Source: Nemertoderma westbladi (taxonomy: Eukaryota; Animalia; Xenacoelomorpha). Taken from it: a stretch of 64,000 nucleotides of DNA. Positions 1-10,389 of this stretch are shown here, piece by piece. Both the position numbers and the translations under genes were made by a program. Position 1 is the stretch's first letter. Every line of letters begins with the position of its first letter. A model generated the notes under the pieces. That model searched no databases. It was given only the letters and a program-made list of their open reading frames with translations, and was not told the DNA's origin. The stretch lies in contig JAUCBJ010002096.1 in NCBI GenBank assembly GCA_032718475.1, positions 19,824 through 83,823 on the forward strand, in the 5' to 3' direction.

Positions 1-568
1 AGTTATTTTTGTATAAAAACATCTGTTTTCAGCGGTTGTCATGGTAACTGCAAAATTAAACAATGAAATTCGGACGCAGAATAAGTCATATAGTGGGGGT
101 AGGGGTTGGTCCCAAGACATAACACATTAACCTTAGGCTTCAAATTAACATTTTATAAATTTTAACATCTGTTTAGCCCGGTTGCCAAGGTAACTGGAAT
201 TTCTATTTAACCTCAATCGGCTCTGCTATGGACCTTATAGTTGAGTTGAGAAATCCCAAGTTTAAATGTATTATAGTTTTCCTACAAATAGAGTTATAAA
301 TATTGACTTGAAATACATAGACTTTTTTCTAAGTCCGTTGCCATGGAAACCAGATTTTTCCTGAATATGAGACCCATCCCACACGACGCGCCTCGATGAG
401 TAGTACATACATGCAAAATTTCAGGGTACTTTTAAAGGCTAGTTTTTTCCCCGACCAAAAAAAACCAAATCTGCCTCATACAAGTAAAATAGCCCACTAT
501 GAATAGACCATCTCAGCTAAGGAAAATCTTTCTTAGCGAAAGTAGTTGATTTTCCTTAGCTTCGTGGA
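1..568 (-). mobile_element. Non-autonomous Helitron copy A (cut by window start)
   Basis: Same internal sequence and right end (...TTTTCCTTAGCTTCGTGGA|T, i.e. 5'-TC on the minus strand) as copies B-E. Confidence 0.8.
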
Positions 569-585
569 TTATGGGGCTACGCGTA

Positions 586-1858
586 CGAGAAAGGCATTTC
601 CTAAAGGAAATGCAACCACGAAGCTAAGGAAAATTAAACAAACGGCCACACTTTGGTTCGTTGCTTGCTTAGCCTCGTTTAGTAGCAATTGTCAATAATT
701 AACTTCTATTCCCATGGAAACTAGAGTTCGCTGGAACTGTTGCTTTAACCTTTGAAAAAAAATTCAGTACAGATTGTGGTTCAGATAACACATGTACTGA
801 GTTTTAGAAAATATTGTAGTTTATGTCCAAATTACCGATTTTCTATCAAAATGCATCTGTTTGTAGTGGTTGTCATGGAAACTGAAAAATAGAACAATGT
901 AATTCGGATGCAGAATAAGTCATATAGTGGGGGTAGGTGTTGGTCCCAAGTCATAATACTATTAACTTGTGCTTCAAATTATCATTTTATAAATTTTAAT
1001 ATCTGTTTAGTCTTGTTGCTATGGTGACTGGAATTTCTAATTAACCTCGAACGGCTTGGATATGAACCTTATAGTTGAGTTGAGAAACCCCAAGTTTATA
1101 TCTATTGCGGTTTTTCTACAAATAGAGTTATGAATATAGACTTGAATGATATAATCTGTAATAAACTCCAGTTACCACGGTAACTAGATATTTCTGGAAT
1201 GTTTTGAGTTTCACTAAAAGTTCCAACTAGTGGTCCAGATAACACATACCCAGTTTTGTAAAATTTTATCGTGAAGTCTATGTCCAAATGAATAAGTTTT
1301 GAATAAAAACATCTGTTTTCAGCGGTTGTCATGGTAACTGAAAAATAGAACAATGTAATTCGGATGCAGAATAAGTTATATAGTGGGGGTAGGGGTTGGT
1401 CCCAAGTCATAACACCTTGCCCTTAGGCTTCAAATTAACATTTTATAAATTTTAACATCTGTTTATCCCGGTTGCCAAGGTAACTGGATTTTCTATTTAG
1501 CCTCAATCGGATCTGCTATGGACCTTATAGTTGTGTTGCGAAACCCCAAGTTTATATCTATTATAGTTTTCCTACAAATAGAGTTATAAATATTGACTTG
1601 AAATACATAGACTTTTTTTGAAGTCCGTTGCCATGGAAACCAGATTTTTCCTGGATATGAGACCCGGCCCAAAAGATGCGCCTCGTCGAGTAGTATATAC
1701 ATGCAAAATTTCAGGGTACTTTTAAAGGCTAGTTTTTTCGCCTATCAAAAAACCCCAAATCTGCCTCACACAAGTAAAATAGCCCACTATGAATAGACCA
1801 TCTCAGCTAAGGAAAATCTTTCTTAGCGAAAGTAGTTGATTTTCCTTAGCTTCGTGGA
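586..1858 (-). mobile_element. Non-autonomous Helitron copy B (1273 bp)
   Basis: Minus strand reads A|TCCACG...hairpin GCATTTCC-TTTA-GGAAATGC...CTCG|T. This gives a 5'-TC start, a 3' hairpin, a CTRR-like end, insertion between A and T and no TSD. Subterminal inverted repeat CCACGAAGCTAAGGAAAAT at both ends. Confidence 0.85.
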
Positions 1859-1957
1859 TCCCTGTAATCGCCGGCAAAGCAATTAATTAACAGAATTTCT
1901 AATAAAATTGACAGAAAATTTACAAAAAAATTTTTTTTTTTTAAAGTCGCAAAATAA

Positions 1958-3210
1958 CTAGAAAGGCATTTCCTAAAGGAAATGCAACCACGAAGCTAAG
2001 GAAAATTAGACACTCTTTGACTCATCAGTTCATTGATTTACCGAGTTAAAAGAACTCCCGGTATTGCCAAGGTAACTGGACTTTTCTAGAAATGCTGAGT
2101 TTTGCATTAAGATCTAGTTTGTGGTTCCAGGTGACACATCGACTTCAAGGAAGCTTCATTGAGTAGTTTATGTGCAAAATTAATTATTAATTTGTTAAAA
2201 AGTCTGTTTGCAGTGGTTGTCAAGGTAACTGGCAAATAGAACAACGTAGATTGGATGCAGAATAAGTGATATCATGGTGGTAGGGGTTGGTCCCAAGTCA
2301 TAATGCCTTTAACATGTGTTTCTAATTATAATTTTTTAAATTATAACATCTGTTTAGCCTGGTTACCAAGGTAACTGGATTTTCTAATTAACCACAATTG
2401 GCTCCTCTAAGGACCTTCCTTATAGTTGAGTTGGGAAACCCAATATTTATATCTAATACAGTTTTCCTACAAACAAGAGTTAAAAATATAGACTTGAATG
2501 ATATTGACTTTAATAAGCTCCAGTTACCATGGTAACTAGATATTTCTGGAATGTTTTGAGTTTTACTAAAAGTTCCAACTAGTAGTCCAGATAACACATA
2601 CCCAGTTTTGTAAAATTTTATCGTGAAGTCTATGTCCAAATGAATAATTGTTGTATAAAAACATCTGTTTTCAGCGGTTGTCATGGTAACTGCAAAATAG
2701 AACAATCAAATTCGGACGCAGAATAAGTTATATAGTGGGGGTAGGGATTGGTCCCAAGTCATCACACCTTAACCTTAGGCTTCAAATTAACATTTTAAAA
2801 ATTTTAACTTCTGTTTAGCCCGGTTGCCAAGGTAACTGGATTTTCTATTTAACCTCAATCGGCTCTGCTATGGACCTTATAGTTGTGTTGAGAAACCCCA
2901 AGTTTATATGTATTATAGTTTTCCTACAAATAGAGTTACAAATATTGACTTGAAATACATAGACTTTTTTCTAAGTCCGTTGCCATGGAAACCAGATTTT
3001 TCCTGGATATGAGACCCATCCCACACGACGCGCCTTGATGAGTTGTATATACATGCAAAATTTCAGGGTACTTTTAAAGGCTAGTTTTTTCACCTATCAA
3101 AAAACACTAAATCTGCTCCATACAAGTAAAACAGCCCACTATGAATAGACCATCTCAGCTAAGGAAAATCTTTCTTAGCGAAAGTAGTTGATTTTCCTTA
3201 GCTTCGTGGA
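1958..3210 (-). mobile_element. Non-autonomous Helitron copy C
   Basis: A|CTAGAAAGGCATTTCC at 1958 and CGTGGA|T at 3210 equal TC...hairpin-CTAG on the minus strand. The first ~150 bp differ from copies B/E (second subfamily). Confidence 0.85.
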
Positions 3211-3219
3211 TTATGTATA

Positions 3220-4476
3220 CTAGAAAGGCATTTCCTAAAGGAAATGCAACCACGAAGCTAAGGAAAATTAAACACTCTTTGACTCGATCACTTCATTGCT
3301 TTACAGAGTTAAGAGGCATATGCCTTTAAAACTCATTACCATGGCAACCGGAGTTTTCTAGAACTGCTGAGGATAACATTAAGATCCGGTTTGTGGTTCC
3401 AGGTGACACATACTTCAATTCAGTTTCATTGAGTAGTTAATGTGTAAAACAAAGGATTTAATTGTTAAAACGTCTGTTTGTAGTGGTTGTCATGGAAACT
3501 GAAAAATGCGACAAATTAAATTGGATGCGTAATTAGTGATATAGTGGGGGTAGGGATTGGTCCCAAGTCGTAATACCTTAATGTTATGCTTCAAATAACC
3601 ATTTTATAAATTTGAACATCTGTTTAACATGGTTGCCCTGGTAACTGGATTTTCTAATTAACCTCAATCAGCTCGACTATTGTCCTTATCATTGAGTTGA
3701 GAAACCCCAAGTTTATATCTATTGCGGTTATTCTATAAATAGAGTTATGAATATAGACTTGAATGATATAATCTGTAATAAACTCCAGTTACCACGGTAA
3801 CTAGATATTTCTGGAATGTTTTTTAGTTTCACTAAAAGTTCCAACTAGTGGTCTAGTTAACACATAACCAGTTTCGTAAAATTTTACAGCGAAGTCTATG
3901 TCCAAATGAGTAATTTTTGTATAAAAACATATGTTTACAGCGGTTGTCATGGTAACTGCAAAATAGAACAATCAAATTCGGACGCAGAATAAGTTATATA
4001 GTGGGGGTAGGGGTTGGTCCCAAGTCATAACACCTTAACCTTAGGCTTCAAATTAACATTTTATAAATTTTAACATCTGTTTAGCCCGGTTGCCAAGGTA
4101 ACTGGATTTTCTATTTAACCTCAATCAGCTCTGCTATGGACCTTATAGTTGAGTTGAGAAACCCCAAGTTTATATCTATTATAGTTTTCCTACAAATAGA
4201 GTTATAAATATTGACTTGAAATACATAGACTTTTTTCTAAGTCCGTTGCCATGGAAACCAGATTTTTCCTGGATATGAGACCCAGTCCAAAAGATGCGCC
4301 TCGACGAGTAGTACATACATGCAAAATTTCAGGGTACTTTTAAAGGCTAGTTTTTGCTGGACTTAAAAAAAAACTAATCTGCCCCATACAAGTAAAATAG
4401 CCCACTATGAATAGACCATCTCAGCTAAGGAAAATCTTTCTTAGCGAAAGTAGTTGATTTTCCTTAGCTTCGTGGA
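3220..4476 (-). mobile_element. Non-autonomous Helitron copy D
   Basis: Same termini (CTAG, hairpin, TC) and A|T target; C/F-like subfamily. Confidence 0.85.
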
Positions 4477-4480
4477 TATA

Positions 4481-5745
4481 CGAGAAAGGCATTTCCGAAA
4501 GGAAATGCAACCACGAAGCTAAGGAAAATTAAACAAACGGCCACACTTTGGTTCGTTGCTTAGCCTCGTTTAGTAGCAATTGTCAATAATTAACTTATAT
4601 TCCCATGGAAACTAGAGTTCTCTGGAACTGTTGCTTTAACCTTTGAAAAAAAATTCAGTACAGATTGTGGTTCAGATAACACATACTGAGTTCCAGAAAA
4701 TATTGTAGTTTATGTCCAAATTACCGATTTTCTATCAAAATGCATCTGTTTGCAGTGGTTGTCATGGAAACTAAAAAATAGAACAATGTAATTCGGATGC
4801 AGAATAAGTCATATAGTGGGGGTAGGGGTTAGTCCCAAGTCATAATACTATTAACTTGTGCTTCAAATTATCATGTTATAAATTTTAACATCTGTTTAGA
4901 CTTGTTGCTATGGTAACTGTATTTTCTAATTAACCTCAAACGGCTTGGATATGGATCTTATAGATGAGTTGCAAAACCCCAAGTTTATATATATTACAGT
5001 TTTGCTACAAATAGAGTTATCAATATAGATTTGAATGATATAGAGTTTAATAAACTACAGTTACCATGGTAACTAAATTTCTGGAATAATTTAAGTTTCA
5101 CTAAAAGTTCCAACTAGTGGTCCAGATAACACATACACAGTTTTGTAAAATTTTATCATGAAGTCTATGTCCAAATGAATAAGTTTTGAATAAAAACATC
5201 TGTTTTCAGCGGTTGTCATGGTAACTGAAAAATAGAACAATGTAATTCGGATGCAGAATAAGTTATATAGTGGGGGTAGGGATTGGTCCCAAGTCATAAC
5301 ACCTTGCCCTTAGGCCTCAAATTAACATTTTATAAATTTTAACATCTGTTTATCCCGGTTGCTAAGGTAACTGGATTTTCTATTTAGCCTCAATCGGATC
5401 TGCTATGGACCTTATAGTTGAGTTGCGAAACCCCAAGTTTATATCTATTATAGTTTTCCTACAAATAGAGTTATAAATATTGACTTGAAATACACAGACT
5501 TTTTTTGAAGTCCGTTGCCATGGAAACCAGATTTTTCCTGGATATGAGACCCGGCCCAAAAGATGCGCCTCATCGAGAAGTATATACATGCAAAATTTCA
5601 GGGTACTTTTAAAGGCTCGTTTTTTCACCTATCAAAAAACCCCAAATCTGCTCCATACAAGTAAAATAGCCCACTATGAATAGACCATCTCAGCTAAGGA
5701 AAATCTTTCTTAGCGAAAGTAGTTGATTTTCCTTAGCTTCGTGGA
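4481..5745 (-). mobile_element. Non-autonomous Helitron copy E
   Basis: CGAG start as in copy B, hairpin GCATTTCC-GAAA-GGAAATGC, ends CGTGGA. Confidence 0.85.
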
Positions 5746-6476
5746 CTAGAAAGGCATTTCCTTAAGGAAATGCAACCACGAAGCTAAGGAAAATTAAACA
5801 CACTTTGACTCATCAGTTCATTGGTTTACCTAGTTAAAAGTCATATGTCTTAATTAAACTCCCATTACCATGGCAACTGGAGTTTTCTAGAACTGCTCTG
5901 TTTTACATTAAGATCAAGTTTGTGGTTCCAGGTGACACAAATTGACTTCAAGGAAGTTTCATTGAGTAGTCGATGTCCAAAATTAAAGATGTATTTTTGT
6001 TAAAACATCAGTTTGCAGTGGTTGTCTTGGAAACTGATAAATATAACAACGTTAATTGGATGCAGAATTGATGATATAGTGGGGGTAGGGGTTGGTCCCA
6101 AGTCGTAATATCTTAATGTTATGGTTTAAATAATCATTTTATAACTAAATTTGGTAACTAAAACTGGTAACTAAATTTTCTAATTGACCTCAATAAGCGC
6201 AACTATTGTCCTTATCCTTGAGTTGAAAAACTTCAAGTTTCGATCTATTATGGTTGTTGTACAAATAGAGTTAATAATATAGAATTTAATGTAATAGATT
6301 TTAATAAACTCCAGTTACCATGGTAACTAGATATTTCTAGAAGTTTTGAGTTTTTCAGAAAGTTCCAAATAGGAGTCCAGATAACACATACCCAGTTTCA
6401 GGGAATGTTATCGTTTAGTCTATGTACAAAATGAACAATTTTTGTGTCAAAACATCTGTTTTCAGCGATTGCCATG
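5746..6476 (-). mobile_element. Helitron copy F, 5'-truncated
   Basis: CTAG end abuts copy E directly. Homology stops at ...GATTGCCATG (6476), where TGTAAAAGCTTTTG begins; the missing part does not resume in the window. Confidence 0.8.
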
Positions 6477-7551
6477 TGTAAAAGCTTTTGCTGAATTGCC
6501 CGGTTATTTTTCCTTATTTTTCCCGTAAAATACTCTGTAGTTGGTTTAATAGGCGTAAGAGGCCGTATTATTGCTGTATCGGTGTTTTTAGAGGATCTAA
6601 GAGCTATTTCTTCCGTATGTGTACTGTGGAAGGCATAGTTGATGATTCTATGGCAATTCCGTGACGCAAAAGAGGCGAGATACTCTTGAACAGTAGTTAC
6701 TATGACGACGGTTAACAGCTGACATTCATACATGTCGATTTTCTTTGTTCTACGGCATCTCTCAGTTCAGTCAACCAATCAGAGCGTTTTTATGGCTCTT
6801 GTACAGAAATTTCCGAGAAATCACGTAATGCATTATGGGCAGTGTTATCATTCAGTCCTGAGCCAAGGAAGAACGGCTTTGGAGTATTTTTGTGCTTTTC
6901 TGCTTTAGCCTTACACTAGTAGGCTTAATTATAAGGACATATATCCGTTATCATAACATACCATACCTAATCAAACAACCTGTGCATACCTTTATATTGT
7001 TATACTGCTATTTACTGTCGGTTCTTCATAATATGGTTGATGAATAATTATATTTGGAATAACAAGAAATAACCCCGAAAACCCAATATTCTTGATATAC
7101 CGAAGGTAAGAGAGACAGGTTATATATAACGATTGCGACTTATGTTAAAGTGGTTTGAAGTGAATCTAATGTTATTCGATAGACCCTACATGAGTCGGTC
7201 TGTGTTCCTTTTATATGTGACTAAAATCAATGAAGATCGGCAGATTAGTGTGCAGTATTGTGCAGCGTTGTGTATGAGTGAGACTGATAACGAAGCATTT
7301 CCTAAAGAATGCGCCATATATGTGAATTGTAACTAAGCCATATCGTTGCGTGTAGTTTAAGTCATAACTCTGTTTATATAGATAGAGCGCCACGTCCTAA
7401 AGGAACTGTTAATATTCCCCGAAGGTGAATAATATTGTCAGAGATTATATAATACTGTCAGTCGAATAATACATTAGGCTTACATAGCAATAAGATTAAG
7501 CTGTCGAAATCAATCTCCCGGGTATATCCCACGGGTGAATGATCGCGCACA
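6477..7551 (+). repeat. 5' LTR-like unit of element 1 (~1075 bp)
   Basis: TGTAAAAGCTTTTG...TGATCGCGCACA followed by GAT-TGG. CCAAT near 6773 and TCAGT near 6852. Homologous and similar in length to 55896-56921. Confidence 0.55.
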
Positions 7552-8021
7552 GATTGGTTTCAACTAGTGTAGTGAATCAAATACTTGTTAGAGGCGACGG
7601 GATTAGATCCGGAAGTCGCGGAGTACATGCCGGTAGGTAGGCAAGAAGTGGATAGGCCTATATCGGTACCAGCACAGCAGCATGACTATAATATGCAGGG
7701 ACATAACATATATCCAGGGGAGGGGAGAGTTATTGCAGATAGATGTATGGGCCCCAATATATTAACATCAACCCCAGTACCAAACATACCGGTGGGGGGG
7801 GGGGGGGGGGGGGCAGGGTGACATTCCCCCATTACAATATCAACAATACACTCAAACAGGAATAAGAACATCGAACCCCCTGGACGAGAACAGGTCGTGC
7901 GACACGGAAATATGGAGGGGGCCGTTACCCCCAATGATATATCCGACGCACAAAGAGGTCAACAGGCCCGACGGGCGGACCGCACCCAACAGGAGAATCT
8001 GTACAGCATCCCTCGAACCCA

Positions 8022-10058
8022 TTGGAAGCACAGGCAATGGGAATGGCGACACTAATCGATGCATTAAAGACCAGGATCGAGTTACCACCAGTCGAGCCAT
8101 TTAAATTCGACGGAAGTAGGCCGGAAGAATACCTGCAATTTCGGCGCATGTACAGCAACGAGATATTAAGTAAGAACTTGACGCAGGCGGAGTGCCTAAA
8201 ATATCTACAGGTATATACAGGAGGCCCAGCGTATGACATCGTGAGGCAGTATCAGGGCATCGAGGGCGGCTTCACGACTGCATGGCGGGCGCTAGACAGG
8301 GAATACGGACACCCAGCCAAGATCATCCGGCAGACCCTGAGGGGTATAACATCGGGTGGCCTACAGGATAACCCCGTTAGCATAAAGACGTTTGCGAACA
8401 AAGTCGAGAAGGCGTTAATCGTGTTGAAGACGCTAGACGCGCCATACGAACTCAACGCATCTAATAACATCACCACGATAGCGCAGGCACTGCCGATCTG
8501 GCTACGGAGCAAGTGGAGGAAGATCGCCTTCTCCACTCGGGAGAAGAAAGGTGCGGAGCCAGGGCTAGAGGAAATGTCAAACTTCCTCAACTACGAAGCC
8601 GAGTTGATCACAGACCCAGTCTATAGTGAGGATAGTTTGGGGAAGGCGCCAAAGACCGAATACAACAGGCCTAAACCCGAACACAATCCTGCAGATCCAT
8701 TCCCGAGAGTAAGACAGTCGCTACCACACGCGGCCACACAGGGGGCTACAAGCCCACAGTTAGCTGGGAGTAGGGCCACACCGTGGCAGGGACAGAAAGA
8801 AAATAACACCACAAATAAACATAATCCCAACATACCCAGTAGGCCGAGTCTAGATAACCAAAACACTAAATCGGTAGATATAAACCTACGCGCGATACGT
8901 GAAGGACTATACAGGGAACGCTATAATCCAGGATTCGAATGTCAATTACATCGGGACGGAACCCATAAGACCATGAGTTGTAAGCACTGGCAAGCGTTGC
9001 CCAAACAAGATCGTATAGCCTACACAGACGCAAACGGACTATGTCATCGATGTGTGGTAGAAGGACACAGATCCGGAGAGTGTAGAGAAACAGCAATAGG
9101 AGACGATGAGACTGGAGGCCAAACAATGGCTACAAGCACGACAGGAGCAAGAAGAAAGAGGAAAGTACTACTCGGGGTAGTACCAGTGAAGATATCAGGA
9201 AAGGGCGGTCGATCAGTAACGACATTAATGCTGGTCGACAGCGGAGCAGCCTTCACGCTGGTGGAGAATTGGGTGGCCGAAGAGATAGGGCTAAAGACGA
9301 GGCCGAATAGGATGGCGGTAACTACCGTCTCAAGTAAGGATGAGGTCCTGGAGATGAGGACGGGACGGTGCAAGATAGCAGCGATAGCACCGGGATGCGA
9401 TTATGGGGCGACGATCGACCCCATCCACGTGATAGAATCGATAAATATCAACGCCAGGCGACCAACCAACATTGAAGTCGAACAATATAGATTCCTGGAC
9501 AGTATCGATTTCTCAATACCAGAGGTGGACGTTAGGAAGGTATCCATTATAGTAGGAATGGACTGCCCGACGGCCCACGAGAGAATGCAGACGGTCTTCG
9601 GCGAAGACAGACAGCGGGATCCGACGGCGATCCTCACGCCGTTCGGATGGACGCTTAGCGGCCCAGTTAAAACCAAGATTCCATCCAGGGTGACGGAGAC
9701 ATCAGGGTGCATGTTACCAGGCACCGTAGACGCAGAGGACGAAGAGAAGAAACCGGAGATGGTAGATGAGCCAGACGGGGAAGTAACAGTAGGAGAGTGG
9801 GCGGAGGAGAATGGATTTGACGCGGAAGACTTAGAGGCAATGGGATGGAACAAGGGTCCCAGCAAGTATCGGTATGGGGATGGAGAGGAGCGGACGGCGA
9901 GATGTCCGGAGGACAACCCGGAGGAGCGGACGGCGAGATGTCCGGAGGACAAGTCCGGAGGAGTGTCCGGAGGAGTGTCCGGAGGAGTGTCCAGAGGAGT
10001 GTCCGGAAGAGACGCCGGTCCGGTTGAGAGGCATACCGACAAGGGGGAGGTCGAGTAA
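8022..10058 (+). CDS. BEL/Pao-type Gag plus aspartic protease, no RT/RNase H/integrase cores
   Basis: PFKFDGS...YL capsid-like (DUF1759-type) region, zinc knuckles CQLH...H...C and CHRC...GH...C, protease LVDSGA, and IIVGMD...TPFGWTLSGP typical of Pao proteases. First ATG at 8037. Upstream 7585-8021 looks like a frame-broken N-terminal extension. Confidence 0.85.
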   Translation: MEAQAMGMATLIDALKTRIELPPVEPFKFDGSRPEEYLQFRRMYSNEILSKNLTQAECLKYLQVYTGGPAYDIVRQYQGIEGGFTTAWRALDREYGHPAKIIRQTLRGITSGGLQDNPVSIKTFANKVEKALIVLKTLDAPYELNASNNITTIAQALPIWLRSKWRKIAFSTREKKGAEPGLEEMSNFLNYEAELITDPVYSEDSLGKAPKTEYNRPKPEHNPADPFPRVRQSLPHAATQGATSPQLAGSRATPWQGQKENNTTNKHNPNIPSRPSLDNQNTKSVDINLRAIREGLYRERYNPGFECQLHRDGTHKTMSCKHWQALPKQDRIAYTDANGLCHRCVVEGHRSGECRETAIGDDETGGQTMATSTTGARRKRKVLLGVVPVKISGKGGRSVTTLMLVDSGAAFTLVENWVAEEIGLKTRPNRMAVTTVSSKDEVLEMRTGRCKIAAIAPGCDYGATIDPIHVIESININARRPTNIEVEQYRFLDSIDFSIPEVDVRKVSIIVGMDCPTAHERMQTVFGEDRQRDPTAILTPFGWTLSGPVKTKIPSRVTETSGCMLPGTVDAEDEEKKPEMVDEPDGEVTVGEWAEENGFDAEDLEAMGWNKGPSKYRYGDGEERTARCPEDNPEERTARCPEDKSGGVSGGVSGGVSRGVSGRDAGPVERHTDKGEVE

Positions 10059-10389
10059 GAAGACAGGATGGAGAGGGGTAGGATTACTATTGTTCGTTCT
10101 GTTCTATCTATTCTTCCGATTTCCTTTCATTCTGCCGCCGGGAGACCAGATGAAGGGTGGCATTTTGCTGCCAGGAGATCAGGAAGTTAAGAAGGCGGCG
10201 GAGAGACCCGATTTTAGGGTGGCGGAAGAGGGAGAACCAATTCCTGGTGAGTTGGAATTGGCGAGGAAAGTGGGCGAAGACTAAGAGGACGTACAGGGGG
10301 GCAGTGGGAGAGTGCCTCTTGGAAGAATCGCCCTAGTGAGGCACCTTAGAGTTTAGTCGTCCAATATTTTGGACTGAGGGGGGTGGGAA

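Noticed and set aside
1-6476. Short ORFs in the cluster, and a repeat-spacer (CRISPR-like) reading of it
   Set aside because: The ORFs vary between copies and have no domains; the units are 1.26-kb elements with Helitron termini.
7275-7300. Hammerhead ribozyme in the conserved LTR block
   Set aside because: The CUGANGA/GAAA core is absent (CTGATAA in one copy, CTGGTAA in the other).
7793-7813. Poly-G run as a programmed frameshift site (similar G/C runs at ~13876, 14594, 14664, 32331, 33727)
   Set aside because: Homopolymer lengths are unreliable, and a single shift does not join the upstream ORF to Gag.
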